In this document: in pieces, positions 49,986 to 59,957 of the stretch
Layout: every line of letters starts with the position of its first letter
How positions within the stretch are numbered: position 1 is the first letter of the stretch
Notes under the pieces: generated by a model
Seen by the model: the letters and a program-made list of their open reading frames with translations, nothing else
The model's database searches: none
Told to the model about the DNA's origin: nothing
Translations under genes and position numbers: made by a program
NCBI GenBank assembly: GCA_035446285.1
Contig: DAOMSJ010000001.1
Location: 298,796-362,795 of the forward strand
Length of the DNA stretch: 64,000 nt
Direction of reading: 5' to 3'
From: Anaerolineales bacterium
GTDB lineage: Bacteria; Chloroflexota; Anaerolineae; Anaerolineales; UBA11579

Positions 49986-50684
49986 TCAGTCTGCCAGTTG
50001 GGTCTTGCGTGTACGCACGAGCGTCAGCGCCTCTTCCAGCACCTCGGCGGCCTGCATACCATCCGAGATCAGGGTGATGGCATCTTCGGCGGCGCGCAGG
50101 GGCGCAACTTCGCGGCTGCTGTCAAAGGCATCGCGCTGCTTGAGAGACTCTAGCACTTCCGCGTAGCTCGTGCTGTCGCCGCGCGCCTGCAATTCCTCAA
50201 AGCGGCGCTGGGCACGCTCTTCCTGCGATGCGGTGAGGAATATCTTGGGGTCAGCTTCGGGCAGCACCACCGTGCCGATGTCGCGCCCGGCCATCACCAC
50301 GCTGCCGCGCAAGCCGATGCGGCGCTGCTGCTCAGTGAGCGCGGTGCGCACCCCTGGATAGGCAGACACTTGCGACACATGCGCTTCCACATCCGGCGTG
50401 CGCAGCTCCCAGGTGCAATCCACGTCATCCAGCAGCACGTCATACAAGCGCCCATCGTCTTTGCTGGGCGGGCGCAGATCAATGCTCACCTCGCGGGCCA
50501 ACGCTTCCACGGCTGCCTGGTCATCGATGTTCATGTTGCGTTGCAGGGCAGCCAGGGTGACGGCGCGGTACATCGCCCCGGTATCGAAATACAAGTAACC
50601 CAGAGAATCGGCCAGGCTTTTGGCAAGCGTGGACTTTCCCGAGGCGACCGGGCCGTCAATAGCGATGGTGAGTTCTTTAGACAT
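49986..50684 (-). CDS. cmk: cytidylate kinase
   Basis: 'IAIDGPVASGKSTLAKSLA..LGYLYFDTGAMYRAV', 232 aa. Confidence 0.93.
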   Translation of the reverse strand: MSKELTIAIDGPVASGKSTLAKSLADSLGYLYFDTGAMYRAVTLAALQRNMNIDDQAAVEALAREVSIDLRPPSKDDGRLYDVLLDDVDCTWELRTPDVEAHVSQVSAYPGVRTALTEQQRRIGLRGSVVMAGRDIGTVVLPEADPKIFLTASQEERAQRRFEELQARGDSTSYAEVLESLKQRDAFDSSREVAPLRAAEDAITLISDGMQAAEVLEEALTLVRTRKTQLAD

Positions 50685-52332
50685 TTAGCGATTTTCTCCA
50701 CTTGAGTTTGCAGCCACATCCTGCGGAAGCAGATGTGAGGCTGCCCAAAGAATAATGTGTTGGCGTGTCTCCGGCGCCTGGCGGTACAGCAGCCAGCCCA
50801 AGGGATTGGGTGGCACATGCTCCCAGGCCGGGCCGCTGGTCCACACAAAGCTCTGGCCATGATAGGCGCTGGCTTCCGCAGGCTCGGCTTCATCGGCGGC
50901 GGTGATGATCAGTGGCGCGCCGCTGCCCGTCACAGGCGGCAGCTCACGCAGCAGCCAGGCCAACTCAGCGCTTTGCACGCGCGTCTCCACCGACAGCGCG
51001 GCGGGCACGCCCGCATTACGCTCGGAGAGATTGTTGAGCGTAGCACGCAGCAGATCCAACTGTCCAGCCGCGGGGCCGGGCGCCCACAGTTCGGCCGCAC
51101 GCAGCGCCGCGGCGTTGGCCGGGCGGGTAGCGGCGGACAGCATGAACAGCGCAAAGCTCAAACTGAGCGCCCACACCAGGCCGTGCACAGCCGCTTTACC
51201 AGACCAGCCCAAACCGATCAGCACCGTCACCAGCACCCCCAGCAGCAGCACGCCGCCGGTGACATAGAAGTAGAAACTGGGCGTCTCCAACAAAAAGTCA
51301 TTGCTGGCGATGCGCGCCAGGGAGAAGGTGAGGAAAGCGAAGAGCACCAGCATCAGGGCCGCCTCACCCATCGCGGCACGCGGCTCCTCCTCAGGCACAG
51401 AAAGATGGCGGCCAATTACCTGCGCCGAGAGCGCCCACAGCGGCAGCACAACCCACAGCATATCGGCCACCTGGCGGCCAGGGTACAGCAACAGCGTGGC
51501 CAGCGAGATCAACGCAAATACACTCAGCAGTTGCCCAGCGGTGTTCTTGTGCAGCCACGCATGCACTGCGCCCCAGATACCAAAAATAACGATGGGCAGC
51601 CCATAGCCCAGCAGGGCAAACAAGAGCTTGAACAGCGATTCGCCCGAAGGCTGTGCCCAACCTTGTAAAAAGCCAATCAGCGGCGCCGCCACGCTGCCCA
51701 GACCGGCGGGCACTTTCAGGAAGAGCGTGCTGCCCAGAACCAGCACCGCTGCCGCCGCCAGCGCGGCACGGCGCGCGTGTGCACCAACCAACGGTGTGCG
51801 CACGAGGAAAGCCCACACGCACAGCGTGGCAATTAGGCCAATGAAGAAAGTGGGTGCGGCCAGCGCACCCAGCGCCAACAAGCCGCCGGCCAGGGCACTG
51901 CGCCCGCGGCGCCACACGGTCAGCCCAGCCAGCAAACCAGTCACCGCCCGAGGCCAGGCGCGAAAGCGCCACCAACCCGGGATCGAGCGCCAGGCCCAGT
52001 GCCAGCACCACGGTTACCTTGCGGCCAAGCACATCGCGCCAGGCGTAAGGAAGCAGCACCAGCAAGCAGCCAGCCAGGGCAGGCCACACGCGGGCAAGGA
52101 ATTCGCTGCTGGGCACAACGGAAAACAAGAATGAGGTCAGCAGAGTATAGGCTGGCTGTACTCCGATGGCCGCATCGCCGCCCTGTGAAATCGTAAAGGC
52201 TGGCAGAGCTGCTGCCGCTTCGCCGGCGTTCAGCGGCAGCAAGCCCAGATTGCCAAAACGCAAGATCAGCCCTAGCAGGGCGATGGCAATGTAAGCAGCA
52301 ATCTCAAAGGTGAGCGAAGGGCGGCGCGCCAT
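50685..52332 (-). pseudogene. polytopic membrane protein (GT-C/PMT-like N-terminus) split by an apparent 1-nt frameshift near 51944-51949
   Basis: ORF 51391..52332 looks membrane-protein-like only for its first 130 codons (to ...LDPGLVALSRLASGG), then becomes Arg/Gly/Ala-rich noise. ORF 50685..51944 begins VTGLLAGLTVW... in the adjacent frame exactly there. Removing one G in TCGGGCGGTGAC joins them into a product of about 548 aa. Confidence 0.65.
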
Positions 52333-52380
52333 ATTCCGTGATTATAGTCGGCGCGTTTGACCGGCCAGATAAAGTTTCCC

Positions 52381-54819
52381 TTAGGGAACGAGGTAGATCG
52401 TGACCGAAGTGTTCTGGAACACGATGGGCAGACGCGCCGCGAACTTGCCTTCGTTCACCGGGTAGCTCACGCGCTCCAAGTCACCCACAATGATGTAGCG
52501 AATGTCATAGCGCTGCAAGATCTCATCGGCCGTAACCCAGTCGCCCGTGGCGTACAGGGTTTGGATGGCGCCGATGCGCTCATAGTCCACATTGCCGCCG
52601 CGCCACTGGCCCTCATGCCCGGGCCAGCCCATCACACCCGGCAGCCCGGTAAAGGTGGCGTAGCGCGCATAGGCGCTGTAGCTGCCGCCAACCGCCTCCA
52701 CCAACACGCCGGACTCGGCGCCGTGCAGCCAGGCAATCGCTTCGCGCGCATCGGCAGGTAGGTAGGTGCTGCCATCCAGCGTGAGCGGGCGCTCCGCCGG
52801 GCGGCTGGCAATGTCTGCGAAGGCGTAGGCCGGATACACAAAGCCTGTGCCGAGCACCAGCATGAGCAGCGCGGCCACGGCGGCACGTGCGCCGCGGCGC
52901 AACTCCAGCATCAGCACGCTGATGCCAAAGGCGGCCACCAGGCTCCACAACAGCCAGGCCTGGTAATAGAACTTGAAGACCGTGTTCATGCGCGTGCCAA
53001 ATTGATCACGCAAGTAGATAAATTCGGGCGCGGTCACCAACAGCGCAACGATCAACGCCAGCAGCACCACGAAGCCAACCGCGGCCGGTGTGGTCTGCGC
53101 TGCAGTCTGCAGCTTAGTCCTTGACTCAGGCTGGGGCTTGGCCAACAGGCCGCCAAAGACGCCCAACAGCACGATCAAGCTCAGCCAGCCGCCGGGGGAG
53201 GTAAAGCGGCGGCGCAGCGATTCGGCAAACAGGGCGGAGAGGCTGGGCGCACCCAGCCCGGCTAAGATGCTGTCTCCAAGCGGAGTGCCCGCCAAGACCT
53301 GCGCATACAGCCAGGCCAGCGCAAACGAACCAAGCCACAGCAAGAACACAAACCCCAGTGCATAGCCCAGCGCCTTGGGCAGGCCGTTGAACTGGCGCTG
53401 CTTCCACTGCCATAAAGCCCACAACAACACTGGCACCAGCAGCGTGGCAAACATGATCCAGAAATGCGTGCCGCGCGTGGGATTGATCAAATTGGGCAAA
53501 AAGCCGCCCGCCTGCGAAGTGAAGCCAATAAAGAACGGCAGAAACAGCAGCACTCCGCCCATGCCCGTGGTCAACACCACGCGGGCAAACTCACTCGCGT
53601 GCTCGCGCTGCCAGCCCGCCGCGGCGCGGCGCACGACATACGCGCCCGCCAGCACAATGGCGTAGATGGGCAGATCCCAAATATTGATGAAAGCCAGCGC
53701 GCCAATCACCAGGCAAGCCAACACCAGAGTTAACGGTTCAAGCGCCAAGCCCCGCCACGGCCGTTTGCGCTCACCCCCGCCCAAATACACATTGTGGGCC
53801 ACACCTACCGCCAGCAAAACAAACGGGATCGAGAAGACGTGCGGGTGCAGGTCACCCAGCACAAATGAAAACGCGGGGAACTCATCAATCAGCTCTTGCT
53901 CATTGCCCTCAAAGGTGCGGTCATTGATCACGCGCGAGCCGCGCCACCACCACCAGAAGCTGTCAAAGCCGCGCGGCTGCCAGGCAGGCTCAGTGCTGGG
54001 CGGATTCACCAGTTCTTTGACATCCAGCCAGGCCCACACCGCCGAGCTGCGCTCGCCAGCCGCATCCGTCTGCCAAAACAGATGCCGCGCATGCAGGATC
54101 TCCAGCAAGCCTTCGGCGTTGCCCATCACCAGCATCAACAGCGGGGCCAGCCCGGCCAGCCAGCGCGCCGTGCGCATCAGCGCCGGGCGGTAGGCGGCCA
54201 GCAAGTTGAACACCACGCCATACGCTGCCGTGGCGCCCATCGCAAACACTGAGGCCAACCCCAGATTGAAAGCCACGACTCCACTGATGCCCAGCAGCTT
54301 CGCTAGCATGGCAATCATCAAATAGCCAAAGTAATAGTACGAAATGGCATAGCCCGAGAGCCACGGATCGTGCGGCGGCATGCTGGGCGATCGCAAAATG
54401 GCGTTGATGAAGGCCAACTCCATCGGTTTTTCGGTGTTCACAATGTCTGGGTTGCTGGCGCGCATCCACAGCATGAAGACGAACGCCAGCACAAACACCA
54501 GCTCGGTAGCCAGGATCTGGCCGCGCTGCGCGCTGACCCAGGTGCGCAGCTGCCCGGCGGGCAGGCTGCGCAGCGCCCACACGCTGGCGCCAGCCAGCAC
54601 AGCCAGCGCAGTAAGCAACCCGCTCGCATCATTGGCCAGCAGGCCAAAGCTGCTCAATAGCCAGAACACATAGCCCCACAGCAGCAAGGCCAGTGGGCGC
54701 ACAAACGCATAGCCGCGCTCCGGCAGCGCTGGCAGCAGGCGATAGGCCAACGGCAGCGCCAGCCAGCTCAGCACAGCCAGCAGCAAGTACCAGGAGAACG
54801 CAGTCAGCACGTCATTCAT
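52381..54819 (-). CDS. DUF2298 / 'Chlor_Arch_YYY' family polytopic membrane protein (function unknown; GT-C-like)
   Basis: 812 aa with at least 15 hydrophobic segments, the motif 'NTEKPMELAFINAIL...DPWLSGYAISYYYFGY', and a C-terminal soluble domain 'GLPGVMGWPGHEGQWRG...YIIVGDLE'. Confidence 0.75.
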   Translation of the reverse strand: MNDVLTAFSWYLLLAVLSWLALPLAYRLLPALPERGYAFVRPLALLLWGYVFWLLSSFGLLANDASGLLTALAVLAGASVWALRSLPAGQLRTWVSAQRGQILATELVFVLAFVFMLWMRASNPDIVNTEKPMELAFINAILRSPSMPPHDPWLSGYAISYYYFGYLMIAMLAKLLGISGVVAFNLGLASVFAMGATAAYGVVFNLLAAYRPALMRTARWLAGLAPLLMLVMGNAEGLLEILHARHLFWQTDAAGERSSAVWAWLDVKELVNPPSTEPAWQPRGFDSFWWWWRGSRVINDRTFEGNEQELIDEFPAFSFVLGDLHPHVFSIPFVLLAVGVAHNVYLGGGERKRPWRGLALEPLTLVLACLVIGALAFINIWDLPIYAIVLAGAYVVRRAAAGWQREHASEFARVVLTTGMGGVLLFLPFFIGFTSQAGGFLPNLINPTRGTHFWIMFATLLVPVLLWALWQWKQRQFNGLPKALGYALGFVFLLWLGSFALAWLYAQVLAGTPLGDSILAGLGAPSLSALFAESLRRRFTSPGGWLSLIVLLGVFGGLLAKPQPESRTKLQTAAQTTPAAVGFVVLLALIVALLVTAPEFIYLRDQFGTRMNTVFKFYYQAWLLWSLVAAFGISVLMLELRRGARAAVAALLMLVLGTGFVYPAYAFADIASRPAERPLTLDGSTYLPADAREAIAWLHGAESGVLVEAVGGSYSAYARYATFTGLPGVMGWPGHEGQWRGGNVDYERIGAIQTLYATGDWVTADEILQRYDIRYIIVGDLERVSYPVNEGKFAARLPIVFQNTSVTIYLVP

Positions 54820-54821
54820 GA

Positions 54822-57800
54822 TCAGCGAATCACTTCGTAGACGGCGGTATCGCCCACACGGAAGACTTCACGCCACAACACGCCATCCTGCGCCTCAAAC
54901 TTGGCCAGTCCTTCAGCGGTGTAGACGGCCTGCTCCATCTGGCCAACAACAATATAGCTGACCGCATACGTCTCCAGCAGCGTCTCAACCTCAGCCAGAT
55001 CGAGCGTGTCGTAAAACAGGTTCACATCGCCCATGCGCCCCCACACATCATTGCCGGGCACAAACTCGCGCTGCTGGCGCTGGTGATGGTTCCAACCCAG
55101 CACCGCCGGCAGGCCGGTGTTGATGGCATAGCGGCCGCCCCAGCGATATTCGCTGACGTAGCCTTCCATGATGACTGGCGAGCCTTGGATATGGTCTTGC
55201 ATCCAGCGAATGGTTTCGTAGTCCTCGCGCAGATCAAGCATGCGGTCACGCTCGTAGTACACGGCGTATTGCATATAGTCCATGCCGTCCAAGCTGCGCG
55301 GCGAGCCTTCGGTCATGCGGTCGTTCACCTTGGCGGTGACGCCCAGCAGCAGAAACAGCGCACCACAGGCCACCAGGGCCACACCGGCGCCCTGCCATGC
55401 ACCGCGCCAGGTGGGCGACCATGCCTGCATAGCTTGCCAGCACCACGCCGCCGCCACGGCAGCGCACAACGCCAGCAGCGTCCACGCCTGCATATAGAAC
55501 TTGAAGACGGTGTTCATGCGAGATACATCGCCTTGCAGCACCACCACTTCCACAAACAAGGTGAGGAAGATCGCCGTGCCAGTCAGGAACAAGACGATGC
55601 GCTTGGCCTCGTCCTGGCCGGGGCGCAGGAACAGAGCACCGATCCACAACAGCAGTGGCACCAGCAGCCAGCCGACCATCACACCCAAGACATGCAGGCC
55701 AAACAGCACCAGCAGCAGGGCTACTACACCCAACGGTAGCGTCCACACATACGGCTGCAGCTTGCGAACGGATGACAGCGGCGTTTCGGCCAACCACTGG
55801 CGCGTTTCCCACGCCAGCCAGGCCACAATAAAGAACAGGAACACACCCCAGTGCGTGAAGTACGGCCCAAACTCCACGTGGATGCCGTCCCAGATACGCA
55901 TGGAGCTGTAGCCCTGGCGATACCACCAGCTAAACGGCAGATAGGCGGCGTAGCACAATACTGCCAATACCAACGGACCGGAGAGAATCGTGAAGGGGCG
56001 CGGCAGCGCATCGCCCTTGCCGCGCGGCACGTAGCGCCAAATGGCGTAGCCCGCGGCGATAGCGCCCAGCAGCGCGTAGACCGGCAGGTCCCAGGTGTTG
56101 ATGGGGCGCAAGCTACCGATGACGATGCCGCCAAAGACAAAGGCCCAGGCCAACTGCAGCCAGCCGCCCGCGCCACGCTGGGCGCGCGCCGTGCTCCACG
56201 CCGAGCTCAGGATGGCGGAGAGCGCCCAGGCTAAGGCCAGCACGGTCACCGGTAGGGCAATCATGTGGGCGTGCAAATCGGCATACGTAAAAGTAAACAG
56301 CGGGAATTCAGTAATGGGCGCCGATTCGCCGGGGGCGGGGAAGATGCGCGTCGGGTTCCAGTACCACTCCCCCAAGCCATACGGCAGCGGCGTGCCAGAG
56401 ACCGACAATACAAAGCCGCGCAGCATCCACCACAGCTCGGTCAGCGCACTAATGCCCTCCAAGGCGGCACCCTCGCTGCCGAGGCGCACATAGCCCTGCA
56501 GGATCATGTGCAGGTTGCCGAGGTTGCCCAACAGCACGGTGGCGATGGCGGCCGCCAATCCGACACTGTGCGGGCCAGGCGCGTTGAGGCGCGGTTGGCG
56601 CGTTTGCCAGGCTACCCAGATGTTCCAGGCCACGCTGTACGCGCCGAGGGCCAGCATTGCAAACAAGCTGGGCAAAATGAAGTTGTAGGCCACCGAGGGT
56701 ACGATGCCCAACAGCTTCACCAGTGAGCCCACCAGCACGAAGCCATAGTAGTAATAGTTAATGTAGCCACCCGCAAACCACGGGTCATAGGCCGGGAAGC
56801 TGGTGCTCTTAAGCACAGCATTGAAATAGGCGAAGTCCATCGGCTTTTCGCCACCCTTGGACGGGTGCCACAGATCAGGGTTGCCGAGGCGGATCAACAA
56901 CATAATGACAAAGAAGCCGAGGAAGAGCAGCTCCGTGCGAATGAACATGGCGCGCTGGTTCTTCCACTCAGATTTGAGTTGCTCCCATTGCGGGCGGCTG
57001 GCCAATACACTCAGCAATGCAATCAGCAGCGCAAAGGTGGCCAGCCAGCCGCGGCTAAAGCTCAGGCCCAGCGAGCCACCCATCCAGCCAAAGTAGGCCA
57101 GCAGCAGCAAGCCGCCCAGACGCGCAAACGGATAGCCGCCATCGCGCAGGCCAGGCAGCGCCCAGCGCACCAGCGGATAGGCCAGCACACCCAGCACGCC
57201 CAGCGCCACATACCAGACCACCAGGCTGACCCACGGCGAAGCATTGACCCAGGCATCTCGGCTGAACAACTCAGCCCAGGTGCCGCCGCTGCGCTGCTGC
57301 TCCAGGCGATCGGCAGGCAGCATCAGCGTAGGCGGCACACCGCCTGAGGCTTGCTTGGGCGTGATGTGAATGGCCTGGTCCACCGCGGCGCTGGCCAGGA
57401 TCTCAGCCACTGCCGCCGAGTCGTACTCGGCCGTCTTCTGGAAAATAAATACCTTGGGGTGGTCGTATACCGTAAAGGCTTCTTCAGCCCATTGGTCATT
57501 GAGCTTGATACCGCCCAGCTGCGGGGCGTTCTCAAACACCTGGATCAACTCGTAGCCCAGTTGGCCTTCAAACATGCCCACTTGCGCTTCGGTGTAGCAC
57601 GCTTGAATGCTCTGCTCAGCGGGACAGCCCAGCAGGGCGCGGTAATACACGACGGCCAGCGGGAAGCGCTCCGGAATGCGCGGCAAGCTGCCCCACTGAC
57701 GGTTGGAGCTGATCATCACATACTCAGCACGGTCGAGCGTGTCTTGGAAACGCTGCACTTTGTCAGCGTTCTCATCCCAGTAAATTTCAAAGTTTAGGCC

Positions 57801-59954
57801 ACCCTGATAAATGCCACCGTAGCCGTCGTAGCCATCCATGCGCAGCGGCAAACCATCGTCCCAACTGGTCTCGTTGGCAATCGCCGTGCCCTGCAAGATC
57901 GCCTGCCCATCAGACAACGCGCTGACCTGCAGATAGTAGATCAGGCCCTGCTCCAAGGTCACCGGATTTACGAGCTCCAGCGTGCCAGCCAACCCGGCGC
58001 CACTGCCCGGCTGCACCGTCACGGCCATGTCCAATAGTGTCTCGGCAAAATCAGGGGCGGTGCCAAGCTGCACACGCAGCGGCACCGGCGCCAGTTGCAC
58101 CGCGCCTTGTGGCTGCAGGTACAGCACCACCTGGTCCGGGAAGCTACCTTGGGTCAGCGCAAACTCCAGATCGAGAGCCGAGCCCATGTGCAAGCTCAAC
58201 GGCTGCTCCAGCAGATCCTGCTCGCCCAAGTCAATGCTCTGCGAATGGCTGAGCACGACGCGCTGCAAGACCACATGGCCTTCACCTGCGGGCAGTTGCA
58301 AGTGCAAGCGGTAAGTGCCCAGCGGGTCCGCAAAGGTGGTGGCGCCGACCAGCATGGCTACTGGCGTAACCTCGTCTGAAGCCAGATTAGCAAAGTCAAT
58401 CACCTGGCCATAGTCTGCATTAAGGATCTCGCCATCGGCTCCGGAGCGCACGGTGAGCGCCGTGGGCGTTTGCACAGTCTTGATGTCGATGTGGCTCAGC
58501 TCGCCGTCTTGGCGCACAGAGAAGCTGGTGAGCAAGCTTGCCTCAGGGCGGATGCGCACATTGTAGGGAAGCGAGAGTTGTTGGCGCACGGCGCCTTGTT
58601 CGCCTTGCAGCGTCAAGGTCATCGGCCCCGGCACGTTCTCATAGATCCAACGCGAGGCGGCTACGCGCGAATTGGGCTGAATGTAAATTTGCACGAAGGC
58701 TAGCGACCATAGCAGGCCGCCCACCACCCCCAGCACGCCCAGCGCCACGGCCGCAGGGCGCAGCCAGCGCTTCCACAGCGCTTTGCTGCGCGCTGGCACA
58801 TTGCCAACACGCCATAGTTCAAATACGCCCCACGCGCCGATAATGGCCAGCACAGGGTACAGCGGCAGGAAGTAACGCATGGTGGGGTTGAAGGCGGTGG
58901 ATTGCCACACAAAATAGATCAACCCCCAGCTCCACACCACAAAGAACGGCTTGAGCCATTCGCCTTTGAGCGCACGCCAGCCCGCCCACAGGAAGCCGGC
59001 CCAGGTGGTGATGGCCAGCGGCCAGCCAAGGCCCCAGCGCACAATATTCTCGAAGCCGAACCATAGCGGACGGCGCGCCCACTGCATGGAAGGCGGCCAA
59101 TCGGCATCGCCGTTGACCTGCGCCGCGAGCTGGCGCATGGTCTCAACCCACGAGGGGTTAAGACCCAGACCAATAAAGGCATACGGCTGAAAGATGCGGA
59201 AGGACACTACGCTAACGGCAGCAGCCAGAAGCACCCAGAGCACACCCTTGCCCAGCTGCTCTTCAAGCTTCTCGGCGGGCAGCGCAGACAAGCGCACCAG
59301 CACGGCCAGCGGCAGCGTGAGACATACCAAACCCACGCTCACCTTGGAAGCCATGGCGCAGCCCAGCGCCACGCCAAACCACACAAAGTCCAAGACATTG
59401 AAGGGCTTCTCAGCTGGCTCGGTGGCGATGCGCACGGCGAAGTAAACGGTGAGGATGGTGAAGAAATTGACGAAGTTATCCACGGTCCAGAAGTGCGACT
59501 GTTGCACTTGCATAACCGAGAAGGCGGAGAAGGCCGCCGCCAGCAGACCCACGCGGCGGTCAAACAAGCGCGTGGCCGTGAGGTAGACCAGCAAAATTAC
59601 GCCCAGGTCCATCAGGCCGGAGAAGGCCTGGCCCACCAGGCGCACATTGGATTGCATGTCGAGCCAATCCACGGCATAGCGCACCATGGTGACCGGCAGG
59701 TTGCCGTAGACAAAGAAGGTGAAGCCTACATTGTTGGGGTTAAGCGGCGACATGGCCGTATCAAAATACTCAGCAATGCTGCTCACCGGCTGCATGGCGG
59801 ATACCACCTGAATGAGGAAGCGCTCGTCTGGGTGCAGCTGCTGGCTCTCGGCCCAGTCAAGCCCAGTGAAGCGCAGCCAAGCCGCCACCGTAAGAATCAA
59901 GGCCAGCGCCAGGGTGTACAGCCATTTGGATTGCAGTGTTGTGGTTTTTGGCAT
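54822..59954 (-). CDS. 1710-aa multi-module membrane protein: PMT/GT-C-like N-module, beta-rich extracytoplasmic middle, C-terminal 'YYY' (DUF2298) module
   Basis: The N-module has 'LRFTGLDWAESQQLHPDERFLIQV...FTFFVYGNLP'. The C-module has 'GGEKPMDFAYFNAVL...DPWFAGGYINYYYYGF' and 'GLPAVLGWNHHQRQQRE...YIVVGQME', paralogous to the 812-aa neighbour. Confidence 0.75.
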   Translation of the reverse strand: MPKTTTLQSKWLYTLALALILTVAAWLRFTGLDWAESQQLHPDERFLIQVVSAMQPVSSIAEYFDTAMSPLNPNNVGFTFFVYGNLPVTMVRYAVDWLDMQSNVRLVGQAFSGLMDLGVILLVYLTATRLFDRRVGLLAAAFSAFSVMQVQQSHFWTVDNFVNFFTILTVYFAVRIATEPAEKPFNVLDFVWFGVALGCAMASKVSVGLVCLTLPLAVLVRLSALPAEKLEEQLGKGVLWVLLAAAVSVVSFRIFQPYAFIGLGLNPSWVETMRQLAAQVNGDADWPPSMQWARRPLWFGFENIVRWGLGWPLAITTWAGFLWAGWRALKGEWLKPFFVVWSWGLIYFVWQSTAFNPTMRYFLPLYPVLAIIGAWGVFELWRVGNVPARSKALWKRWLRPAAVALGVLGVVGGLLWSLAFVQIYIQPNSRVAASRWIYENVPGPMTLTLQGEQGAVRQQLSLPYNVRIRPEASLLTSFSVRQDGELSHIDIKTVQTPTALTVRSGADGEILNADYGQVIDFANLASDEVTPVAMLVGATTFADPLGTYRLHLQLPAGEGHVVLQRVVLSHSQSIDLGEQDLLEQPLSLHMGSALDLEFALTQGSFPDQVVLYLQPQGAVQLAPVPLRVQLGTAPDFAETLLDMAVTVQPGSGAGLAGTLELVNPVTLEQGLIYYLQVSALSDGQAILQGTAIANETSWDDGLPLRMDGYDGYGGIYQGGLNFEIYWDENADKVQRFQDTLDRAEYVMISSNRQWGSLPRIPERFPLAVVYYRALLGCPAEQSIQACYTEAQVGMFEGQLGYELIQVFENAPQLGGIKLNDQWAEEAFTVYDHPKVFIFQKTAEYDSAAVAEILASAAVDQAIHITPKQASGGVPPTLMLPADRLEQQRSGGTWAELFSRDAWVNASPWVSLVVWYVALGVLGVLAYPLVRWALPGLRDGGYPFARLGGLLLLAYFGWMGGSLGLSFSRGWLATFALLIALLSVLASRPQWEQLKSEWKNQRAMFIRTELLFLGFFVIMLLIRLGNPDLWHPSKGGEKPMDFAYFNAVLKSTSFPAYDPWFAGGYINYYYYGFVLVGSLVKLLGIVPSVAYNFILPSLFAMLALGAYSVAWNIWVAWQTRQPRLNAPGPHSVGLAAAIATVLLGNLGNLHMILQGYVRLGSEGAALEGISALTELWWMLRGFVLSVSGTPLPYGLGEWYWNPTRIFPAPGESAPITEFPLFTFTYADLHAHMIALPVTVLALAWALSAILSSAWSTARAQRGAGGWLQLAWAFVFGGIVIGSLRPINTWDLPVYALLGAIAAGYAIWRYVPRGKGDALPRPFTILSGPLVLAVLCYAAYLPFSWWYRQGYSSMRIWDGIHVEFGPYFTHWGVFLFFIVAWLAWETRQWLAETPLSSVRKLQPYVWTLPLGVVALLLVLFGLHVLGVMVGWLLVPLLLWIGALFLRPGQDEAKRIVLFLTGTAIFLTLFVEVVVLQGDVSRMNTVFKFYMQAWTLLALCAAVAAAWCWQAMQAWSPTWRGAWQGAGVALVACGALFLLLGVTAKVNDRMTEGSPRSLDGMDYMQYAVYYERDRMLDLREDYETIRWMQDHIQGSPVIMEGYVSEYRWGGRYAINTGLPAVLGWNHHQRQQREFVPGNDVWGRMGDVNLFYDTLDLAEVETLLETYAVSYIVVGQMEQAVYTAEGLAKFEAQDGVLWREVFRVGDTAVYEVIR

Positions 59955-59957
59955 GAG

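Noticed and set aside
51391-51943. C-terminal 184 codons of ORF 51391..52332
   Set aside because: It is Arg/Gly/Cys/Ala-rich and non-hydrophobic, and it fully overlaps the hydrophobic frame of ORF 50685..51944. I interpret it as post-frameshift read-through rather than coding sequence.
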